From Cladosporium halotolerans (taxonomy: Eukaryota), in the NCBI RefSeq assembly GCF_011745625.1, contig NW_027191501.1, positions 62,001-110,769 of the forward strand: a stretch of 48,769 nt of DNA, given 5' to 3'. Made by a program: the position numbers and the translations under genes. A model generated the notes under the pieces. It had not been told where the DNA came from and did no database searches. It saw nothing but the letters and a program-made list of their open reading frames with translations. Positions 11,160 to 20,813 of this stretch are shown here, piece after piece; the stretch's first letter is position 1; every line of letters starts with the position of its first letter.

Positions 11160-11950
11160 GTCGACATTGACATGTACGCTACTACCATCGATAGCCGAGG
11201 TAGAAAAACGACTCGAAACCATGAGAATACTTCTAGCAAGCCCCTTCTGAATAAGATAAGGCCCCAAATGGAGAAGCTGCTTCTTGAATGTATATACGCT
11301 GCTCTCATCAATATCGGAGCTAGAACACTTGCTTGGACCAACGAAAGTACTAATTAGAAGCGAACTCTGGTCAAGACAAAGGGCACATGGAAATCTTTTT
11401 GCCAAAGACATATTCGCTGCTACCATCAACACCAGAGGCATAAGACCGACTCGGATACATTACAGTGTTCATGGCAAGCTAATCTGGATCGAGAAAATGC
11501 ATCGTGCGAGAACCTTCTTCTCAACGATACATGTGCTGCTACCATGCCCGCCAAAGGCAGAAATGCGAGTTGTTCCATCGAGAGCGCAGATGTTATATGC
11601 TTCACGATTAGAATAAGGAGTCGAAGAAGACTTCCATCTCCAAGCCACACGTGCTGATAGCATGCCTGCTAGAGGCGGAAAACCGAGTTGATTCACTGAG
11701 AGAGGACATGGTATGCACTCCGAGGTTACCAAAAGATGTCACAAGAAAACAGTCTTCTCTAAGACACATGTGCTGCCACCATGTTTGCCAGAAGTAGAAA
11801 ACACCATACTTCCATTGAGAGCGCGTGCGATATCCACTTCAACAATACAACAACAAACCACATGAAAACCGCCATCTCCAATCTATACACGCTGCTCCCA
11901 TCGGCTCTGGCCTACTGAAACGGGATTTCTGGAAAGAGAAGTGTGTTTTC
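11160..11950. repeat. Degenerate tandem array of seven ~119-bp units
   Basis: A GCTGCTACCAT-like core recurs at 11178, 11298, 11416, 11535, 11653, 11772 and 11891 (spacings 120, 118, 119, 118, 119, 119), with shared flanking words. Confidence 0.8.
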
Positions 11951-12087
11951 ATTTCATCGCGGCTGTCTAAGATATGCTGCCGCGGCATTATTCATGTCCC
12001 TCGATGCACTTGTTCGTCGCCAAGGCATCCCAAAAAGTCCCCTCGATGCACCCGTCCGAGGTCAGGGCATCAGGGCATCCCAAAAAA

Positions 12088-13276
12088 TCACTGGCCTCCA
12101 GTGTTCTGGTCCTCCTGGACCGGCTCAGCGCCGAGCATGAGCGGCTTCAGCAGCTCGACCCAGCCCGGGACCGCGACGATCTCGTGCGGAGTCATGTTGC
12201 GCATGCGCTGGATGCTCTGGATGAGTGTCAGTATCGATGCGGACGGCGAGAGAAGGGACTCGAGGGGGTGGACTTACGCGCTCGCGGTCGCGGATGACGA
12301 CCATTCCGTCGCGGCGCCACTGGGCGGTGGCGACGCGCAGCTGGCGGGCCTGGCTGAGCAGCTGCATCAGGCGGTCCTCGCGGGCGCTGGCGACGTGCTC
12401 GTCGGAAGCCAGCTGGGCCCTCAGGTTGTTGAGGTGGTTGAGGGCGCGCTCGACGAGCTCGTGCGGCTGGACCGGCGGGCGAGGGTCGGCCGGGGCCTGC
12501 GGGTCGGTGGAAGGGTGCTCCGGAGTCGGGGCCTCGGTGTTCTCGGTGGCGTCCTTGTTGTTGTCGTCGCCGGTGGAGTTGTTGGCGGCGTCGTTGGAGC
12601 CTGTGGTGGAGGCAGCGACGGTGGAGGAGGTGGTGCGCTGCATGTTGGAGGTTTCGGTGGTAGTCGGGGCGGAAGAGGTGGCGTGCTGCATGTTGGAGGT
12701 CTCGGTGGGACTGTTGCTAGAGCCGGCCGGTTTAGCATGCATGCGCTTGTTACGCGGAGTGAAGGGGGAGAATGATTTGGGCGGGCCACGCTCAGGGGAG
12801 GGCGTGGGGATGAGAGCCGGGTCGGTCTCGTCCAGGGCCAGGGAAGGGGTGCCATGGGAGCCAGTCTGCTGCTGCTGCTTTTGCTGCTTCTGCTTCTGCT
12901 TGTATCTCTTGCGCTTCTCGCGCCTCTTCTGCTGGCGCTGCTGCTGCTTCTGCTCGAGCTCCTCCTCGTGGGTGCCGAAGCGGACGGCCTTTCCCTTGGA
13001 TGGAGTCGAATGCGGCGGTGACTCGGTCCTGGCCCTCTTGCGTGGCGGCTCGGCCGGATAGCCGTCAGTTCCGGACGAGGATGCAATGGCCTGCCTGATG
13101 GCGTTTCTGGCGTCGGAAGGGGATTCCGGAGAGCCACCGAGTTCCAGAGACTTCAAGCGATCACCTGTAACGTTAACATCTGCGTTCTTGTCAACCGGCT
13201 CGGGGCTGTCCTCATCCGAGGAGCCAGGAATCACGATGACCGGCTGGGGGTAACGGCGTGGGCCGATGAACGCCAT
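12088..13276 (-). CDS. Hypothetical low-complexity orphan protein with basic/Q-rich NLS-like tract and C-terminal helical region; intron 12217-12277
   Basis: ATG in context CACCATGG. A phase-0 GTAAGT..ACTGAC..CAG intron gives a terminal exon SIQRMRNMTPHEIVAVPGWVELLKPLMLG...TGGQ*. Contains PPRKRAR and KRREKRKRYK, plus a duplicated TETSNMQ. Confidence 0.7.
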
Positions 13277-14590
13277 GGTGAAGACGTTTGCGGTTGGGAG
13301 GAGGGGGAAAAGGAAAAGAAGGGGACGGAAAGGTGTTGGCGGAGGGAAGGTCGGTGTTGTTGGGACCTTTGGGGTGGGGGGAAAAGCCTCTTTATAGGCA
13401 GACGTGAGCGTTTGTCACGGTCTTTCACAAGGACCCTGCAGCAAGGAAATTGCATTCAATTCGACTGCGGGTGTTTCTGCACGAGCTTATTCGAGGCTGG
13501 CGACGCATTGATGACTCGATTGAAGCGTGTGCACTCCCTGCGAGACGTCTAGCAGGTGGCTGGTGAAGGGAGACACGGTGAAGTGAATGAGCATGGGGTG
13601 GGAATCTGGATCACGTGAATTACGGACCCGTTTGACTTGAGATGTGTGATGTGCTCATTGGCCAATAGCAGCGTGTGGCTTTCCTGACGGAGAACCCCAA
13701 TGGTTGTTCCAAGAAAGATACGTAAGCCTGGGACGCTGCAGATTGGTCAGTGCCGTTCACGTGCACTGTGGACTTATTGACATTGAGGGGGACAATGAAG
13801 TAAGAGCCACTATCAATGACAGCGTCTGAACAACCTGATGATTGATCGGCGTACGACAGCTTCAAAGACGGCTCGTGACAACGGGTTCGTCAATGACTCG
13901 ATCGATCTATTGTCCGGGCGCTCAAGAAGCATGGGAACGTTTGGTTCATATCATTGATGGAATCGTTGACGTGAGGCTTGTGAGATGCCGAAGCGGCCTG
14001 AATGGCAGGGTCCCAATGTTCTGAGATCTTGTCAGCAGAGACCTGCTCAAAAGAGCACAATGGAATATGCATTGTTGCCGATCCACACGCGGCCAAGGAG
14101 GAATCAACACGTCATCCTCCAGTGAAGGTCAGATTTCAGGATTGAAGACATTCATGCCTGTGAGTGAAACAGTCTGAGGGTGACATGCAAGCCTTCCGTG
14201 AAAAGATCCGCTGATAGCTTCTGAAAGGAGACATGTGAGTGCCTTGCCGTCAATCGCTTGAGGAAAGTGATAACAATGAACGTGACTCTTTTCACGTGTG
14301 CCGCAAGACGGCTTAGTTGGGGCTTGTGAAAAGGCACTTTCACCGGAAGCATTTGAGCTCTCTGGAGATCGATCAGCTGACGGAGCTGCTCAGAGAGAAA
14401 TACCTTCAGCATGTGCTACCATCCGTTGTCAGGCTGCCGGAGCCATGAAGAAGAATGGGTATATTTCTTTCAGCTGTAGGCCACTCGATGGCCATTACAC
14501 ATGCAGCAACATTGCCACACTCGCGCATTTTGCAGCGAAATCCCTCACCTTCAAATGCAGCAAATCTCCTTCCACATCCCACCGGCCATC

Positions 14591-15468
14591 TCAAAGCCTC
14601 TGCCTCTTCCGCCCACCACTCTGACTCGACGCCTCCGCGCGCTGGCTGCGCTTCTCCTGCATGTCGAGCACCAAGCTGAGCACGTCGAAGCCGAACTGGG
14701 GATACTCGAGGCACAGCTTCTTGAACTCCTGCTCGGCCTCGTGGCGCAGCACATGTGACCTGGTGGCCCAGAAGGCCGCGACGGGCTTGCGGATGGCCTC
14801 GTCCTCGGCGCCGGTCTCGCGGTAGACGAAGCGGGCGTACGCGATCTCGCCCTTGGCCGTGCTCTGCGTGAGGTGGATTTTCTTGTGTGCGACGCCCGCG
14901 AGCTGGGGGAGGCCGAAGCGTTTCGCGAGCGTGTAGACGCGCGCGTGCCGCAGCAGCGCGACGCCGGTGTCGTCTGGGCTGGGGACCGAGGGATCGTATT
15001 CCATTGTGTTGCCGGAGACGGTGGGGAAGTAGTCGCCCTTGTAGATATATTCGAGAACGGCGGCGCAGGCGTCGATGTCGTCGTTGGGGAGCTCGATTCT
15101 TCGGGCTGCGCCAGAGGCGAAGCGCTCGATTTCGGATTGGAAGTATGGGGCTTGGGTGAGGAGGCCTTGGTGGGCTGAGAGGGTGGTTTGCGCATCGCCG
15201 GAGCCGATGATGAGTTCTATGATTGGCGAGCGGAGGTAGCTGGAGCACGATACTGTGAGCATCTGTCTGTATCCTGTGCTTCTTCTCTTCGAGCTTACTC
15301 AATGAACCCCACCCGCTCAGTAATAGTAGGCTCGATGTCCTCCAGGCCAGTTGGATCCTCGTCGCCCTCGCCGCCAGCAGCCGTCTCGTCGGCAGTGATG
15401 TCAACATTCTGCATATCTGTGTCCTCTTGCGGGGTTTGGGTGTCGACGACAACCTCTGGGTCGGCCAT
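14591..15468 (-). CDS. BTB/POZ-domain protein; intron 15240-15298
   Basis: Spliced GFID-YLRSPIIELIIG, then LSAHQGLLTQAPYF, IELPNDD, VLEYIYKGDYFP, HARVYTLAKRFGL; typical of a conserved fungal BTB protein. Confidence 0.9.
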
Positions 15469-15797
15469 GGCTGGTGAAGTGAGGTCGCTGGAACGCGACA
15501 ATGCGCAATGCGCCGGAGGATCGCTTCAAATGAGTGGACGGGCGCGGAGCTCAATGGCTGGCCCTATGATATATTACAGAAGAATGCGACGTCATGGAAG
15601 CCTGACGACCGGTGAAAATGCGTGGGTCGCGCGTGGAGAGGCGTGAGGTCCAGACGATGTCTGGGTGAAGACGAGCGGGCGACGCGTGAAGCTCGGAGGT
15701 CGGTGTCACCAGCTTCTCCAGGTCTCGCGATGCGCGCGAAGCTTGCCAGAATGAGACTGTTATTCCGTTACAAGTATTGGGCATGCCCGACACAGAT

Positions 15798-15916
15798 ACA
15801 TACGACCACAGGTCAGTGAAAACTGGGCATCCCGTCCGCTCTGCCATACATAAGCACTGAACCGGGCGACTAGTACTAGAGTGGGTGACCATCTGGGAAT
15901 CCCGCCTGTTGTATGT
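15798..15916 (+). rRNA. Dispersed 5S rRNA gene (119 nt)
   Basis: ACATACGACC...CATCCCGTCCGCTCTGCC..ATAAGC...GTGGGTGACC...GAATCCC..TGTTGTATGT followed by a T-run Pol III terminator. The terminal helix and GGTCAGTG/CACTGAACC pair. Confidence 0.97.
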
Positions 15917-16464
15917 TTTTGCTTTTCGACGGCCACCGTGCCAGAACGACTTTGGCAGGACGTACCCTGTCTGGAAAATCACCAGGTTACATTGTGTATC
16001 ATCAGCCTTCATGCCTTCCATCGCCTCCAGATGTAGCATGCCGAGAGGCACGTTGCGGCGAAAAACCGCGCCTCACTATAATCCCGACACAGAGACATGG
16101 CACGCAGAAGTGAATTCGAAACTGCACTTTTCATTGTTGTTTCATACATTGGTTGCTTTCTCCTCCCCCTTCCCCTCCGCGTCCCCCCCTTCTCTCCCAA
16201 GACATGTCATCTCGAGATAGATCCCAAGAGCAAGCCAGCGCCGGAACAGCCACAACTCAAGCAAGAACCGATCAAGCGATCGAGTCAAGTGTGTCTTCCG
16301 CCCAGCAAAGGCGCGCTCACCAAAACAGCAGCAGCCTCGCGCTCGCGCGCACAGACAGCCTGCGACGTGTACCAGCGAAAGCCAGAGAGTCAAAAGCCCG
16401 ACCGCCAGGCAGGCAGGCAGGCCAGGCTCCTCCCTCTCAGACTCCGCCCCGTCAGACTCTTCCC

Positions 16465-16488
16465 CTTCTTCTTCTTCTTCTTCTTCTT
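16465..16488. repeat. (CTT)8 microsatellite
   Basis: Read directly; lies in low-complexity DNA downstream of the transcription factor gene. Confidence 0.9.
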
Positions 16489-17333
16489 CTCGTATGCACG
16501 CAAATCTACACGCCGTCCCAATGCAGCGCGGACGCCGCGGAAGCGAAACGCAACGACGGCGAGCGGGCCGCCGCCGTGACGTCGCGCAGCCAGCTGGCGT
16601 CGAAAAAAAGAAACGAAGACAAAGACGAGCAAGCGGACCTCCCAACCCACGCACGTACGAAAGCAAAGTTGGAGAAGAAACGAGAAAAGGAAAAAGTGAA
16701 AAACGCGAAAAGAACTCCGGTGAAAGTGCTCAATTTGATAAAACACCTCCCAAACGAGGGGGGGTGTTGGGTCGGAGAACACGAGAGCAGGGCCGCGCAG
16801 GCACGGCTCCACGTCCACTCGGTCGCCGCCTTTCCCCCCCCCTCTTCCCATCTTTTTTTGTGTCTGGCTCCCTAATCCCGTCTATATTGTATATGATTTT
16901 TTCGCGTTCCTGAAGGAGCTCAGTGTCGTCGAACGTGTTTTTCGTAAGGGCTGCCTCCCGTTGGGTCGTGATCCGTGCTTCGGTTTTGGTCGAAGCATGG
17001 GTTTGGATTGAACAAAGTGAATGATGAAGAAAAGAAAGGATTTTCTAGCCAGCGCTCCGATGACGCGCGGAGATGGGCGTTGCGTGTGGTTGCGCCGCCG
17101 ATTGATATCGACTTCTTGCAGCCACTAGCGTTGTGGAACACTAGCTAGTAGCCATCGCAGCGAAGCCATCGTGGAGGATCTGCCGGTCATCTTCAGGCTA
17201 TTGATATCTTTCGTGTTGTTTTTTGGTTGCGAATAGAAGTCGTCATGTCGAAGTTGTTGTACAGCCTCGGCCGTAAAGTCGTGAAACGTTGGCGCTACCC
17301 AGGAGCGCGCGCAGGAAGCCGCTGCATTGAAGA

Positions 17334-20300
17334 CTACAGGGCGCTTGTCTGTACACCAGCCACAGCGCTGTGCACTTGACTGTTATACGGCTTGAACAGG
17401 AGTTTCATGTCGAGAGTGAGGTTGTCAAGGCCGTATTGGTCGTCGATGTCGCCGACGGAACCTATCTCGTGCCCGTAGTGCGAAGGGTCGCCGACAACAA
17501 ACTGCTTGATCCGCTTGAGAAGACCCATGACTTGCTTGAAGCGAACGTCAGGCGAGGCGGTCCAGTCGCCAGGACGGTTAGATTGGATGAAGCTCCTTCC
17601 CAAGTAGAAGAAGTGCACGCCGTCCCTGCTGAAGCCAAAGCGGCGAAGCTGTGTCTTGCTGGGAGGGTACTGGAGCTCGACGTCGGTATCCCACATGCGC
17701 TTCCACTTGTCGAGAGCAGCGTTCAAACGCTTCTTCTCATGCTGTGCCTGACTGTTCTGCACACCGGATCCATAGCCCTCAGTCGGTGTGGCAGTACCAC
17801 TGTTTCCGTTGCTCAAGTTGCCGTTGCCATGCTGATCAAGCCACTCATTCTGCGAAAGGGGTGTCGCCGGGCCACTGCCACCAAACGGGTTGTTGAATCC
17901 CTGGAAGGCTCCATCGGGATTAAACAGCACCTTTTGGCAAGCCATGATCCGCGTGATGAGAGCATGGATGAGGACGAACTTGGAGTACACGTTGGTAGCA
18001 CCTGGCTGGAAGTTGCCGTTGAGCTCGAGAAGAGTCCTGGTCGCATCACGCATTGATGGTTGGCGGGAATTGCGTGTGCCTGTGACATTCTTCGATTGAG
18101 CTTCCGGACCGTTCAAGCCGAGTGCATTCGCGCACTCCTCGCCATCCTTAGCATCCCATGCGGCGTCATCTGACGGCAGAGGCAGGCGAATCTCAAGCGG
18201 GTCGAGTTGAGGGGTGCTGTTGAAATACATGCACATTGCCGCGTCGCACAAGAATAGCAGATAGGCAGCACGGCTGCGCTTCTCCTGCTCCAGCCATCCG
18301 TGCCAGTTCCAGCTGGACCACTCTTCTTGAGACAAAGTGCCGCTTTGAGAATGGTGCAGAACACTGTAAGCGTAGTGTCCAGGAGGAGCAGGATGGAGCA
18401 GGCCCATAGCGCGCGAGATGCGCACCAACACTGGCAAGTCACTGCAGGCGAGATCTCTCTGCTCGGGGGAGCCGTGCCAAGTGAACATGGTGGAGATGAT
18501 CAGGAGAGCTTGCATCTCATCCACCTCCCAGCTGTTGTTGCCAATGTCCTGGTTCTGACCGGAAGTGACCTTTTGCCAGATGCTGGAGTTCTTGATGACT
18601 GTGGCGCGCACAAATTCCATCATCTGTCGCGATTGACTGACATTCATGCGTGGGCTGTAAATCGCGCCAATGGTGATGATGGCGAGCACGAGGGAATTGC
18701 CGGCGTCGGTGAGCTTGAATGTCGGCATGTGAATGATCGGCCAGTGGCCATGGTAAGAGGTGTAGTGCTCGGCGAAATGCTTGACATTTTCGACGCTGAG
18801 GCACATCTTGACCATTTCGGCAGCGTCCGGGGTGCTGCGGGCAGGCTCGCCTCCCTCTGGAAAGCAATACTGCATCAAGCTGTCAACCTTGGCCTGCAGC
18901 GGGTCATCCATGCTCCAGTTTGGAAATCCAGGGATGCCGTGCTCGGTGTCAGCGTCCTCGCACCCAAAGGCTCCGGGGTGCGAGTAAAGACTACCTAAAA
19001 AAGAGTCGTTGCTAGGGTCGTTGAAGTTTTTTTGATCGGGCTCGCTTTTAATGTTATTCATTCCTTGCGAGCTCGCGTTCGCAGGAAGGCTTCCTCCGAT
19101 GAAGCCATCCTGGCCACTTTGGTTGAACATGCGGCTCCAGTCCATCTGGGCGCCGCCGGCCTCACCGTTTCCGTTCTGGTGAGGACTATTGTGGCTGGTG
19201 TCGAAGCGCGAGCTCTGCTGGCCTAAAAAAGACATCGGCTGCTGCTGCTGTTGTTGTTGGTTGCTGAACATTCCACCGTTCATGTGCTGCTGATTGAAAG
19301 GGTAACCAGGAGGCATCTGACCGCCGTTGCTGCTGTTCTGCAGGGCGTACGCGTGCAGGTTCGGCTGATAGGCTTGGGAAGATCCCATCTGCTGCTCTCC
19401 ACCTGGAGCGTTCGAGCCTAATATTCCTAGGCCAGCGATGCTGTTGCGGTGGCTCATGGCATTTGGCGCAATCAAGCTGTTGGCACGAGAGGAACGACCG
19501 GAGATGTCACCGTTGACAGTCGGGCTGCTTGAGACGACGCCGCCATTGTAAGGGTTGCTGCCACCGGCAACTTCGCTCAAGCCAGCGAGACCAATGGGAC
19601 CATCTTGCTGACTGATCGACAGGCGATTGCCGCTGTTGGTGTTGCGACGCTGGTGTGCAAGGTGGTTTGCGCCGGTAGGGTTGCCGCGACGTATTGAGCA
19701 CTTTTGGAAATGACGCTTGAGAATGTCACTGCGCGAGAAAGTGTCCTTGCAAAGATGGCAGGAGTATGGGCGGTCACCGGTATCTGTTGGTCGTTAGTGA
19801 TTTGAAGTAGAAGAGAGGTCTTCCTGGGTGACTCACGTCTCAAAAGATGGCGCTTCAAGTGCTTCGCGTGCAGGTAAGTCTTGTTGCAATGCGGGCAAGG
19901 ATACTTGCCGTCGGCATCCTTCTGCGGAATCATGTTCTTGCTAGCTTGTCCGCTGCCGGAAACAGGCGCGTTAGGGCGGCCAGGCGCGCTCGGCAGGATG
20001 CCGCGACGACCCTGAGAACCAACGACGTGTGTAGGCGCCTCCTCGTTTTGCATGAATGACGGCTGGTGTCCCATCTGAGGGTTGCCCAGGCTAGGCAGGC
20101 CGCCCATAGGACCGCCAACTCCACCCGGAGGCATTGGGCGGATGGTAGGCAGACCACCGGCGGAGGAAGTGCTCGGAGGCATGGAGGTCGACGTGGACGA
20201 AGGGTACATCATGGACGACGACATGCCGTAAGGGTTCTGCGAGTAGGAAGGCGGGCCCATAGCGCTGGCTGGCGACACGTGAGAGTACGCGCTCGTCTGA

Positions 20301-20638
20301 CCGTTGCCCATGGACGAGGTCACCGGAGTGTGAGGCGTCGGCGGAGTGTGGGTTTGGCTGTTGGGGTGCGCGTAGGATATCGAGCCGAACTGGGCGTAGC
20401 CGCCATTCTGACCTTGCAACGGAGGAAGGGTGGGATGGCCGGAGGCGGGCGAGTCCTGCTGCGAATGGCTGGGCGTGTTGGACAGGCTGCCGAAGGAGCT
20501 CAGGCCGGGCTGCTGGCTTGACTGGCTCTGGGACTGCTGCTGGCCCTGCTGGCCCTGCGGAGTCGCGGACGACTGCTGCTGGCCTTGCTGGCCGCCCTGG
20601 CCATAGGAGACATAGCCGGGCGGGAATTGGTTGTCCAT
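17334..20638 (-). CDS. C2H2 zinc-finger transcription factor (RfeC-like fingers) with C-terminal Fungal_trans/MHR domain; intron 19784-19836
   Basis: CPHCNKTYLHAKHLKRHLLR|HTGDRPYSCHLCKDTFSRSDILKRHFQKC after splicing. The frame continues into HWPIIHMPTF...EKRSRAAYLLFLCDAA...LPLPSDDAAWDA. RfeC similarity is from memory. Confidence 0.9.
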
Positions 20639-20667
20639 ACCGGGTGGGATGGAAAAAGCGTAGGGTG

Positions 20668-20813
20668 CTAAGTGACGATGTGGAGTGGGGTGGAGAGGAG
20701 GGGAGCTGGAGATTGGCGTGTCCAATGGCCTCTCATGTGGCTCCTCCCGCAGCACTGGGGACGGGGAGGGAGGAAGGAGGTGGTGAGGTGGTGACGGCGG
20801 CCGGCCGACTTAC
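20668..20813 (-). promoter_or_regulatory. 5'-leader intron (20755-20813) and 22-codon uORF (20736-20668) of the TF gene
   Basis: GTAAGT..CTCAC..pyrimidine-rich CAG intron; ATG AGA GGC...ACT TAG ends about 30 nt before the main ATG. Confidence 0.55.

Noticed and set aside
11160..11950. Array as CRISPR or as tandem 5S pseudogenes (unit length matches the 119-nt 5S)
   Set aside because: Eukaryotic context, no identical repeats with unique spacers, no cas genes, and no alignable 5S internal motifs in the units.
11825..13137. Long overlapping ORFs (316, 278, 238 aa), and similar ones at 37867-39076 and 17370-18998
   Set aside because: Antisense or off-frame shadows of GC-rich genes with no motifs.
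16097..16913. ORFs of 140-240 aa downstream of the 5S gene
   Set aside because: Low-complexity, microsatellite-containing sequence typical of UTR or intergenic DNA.
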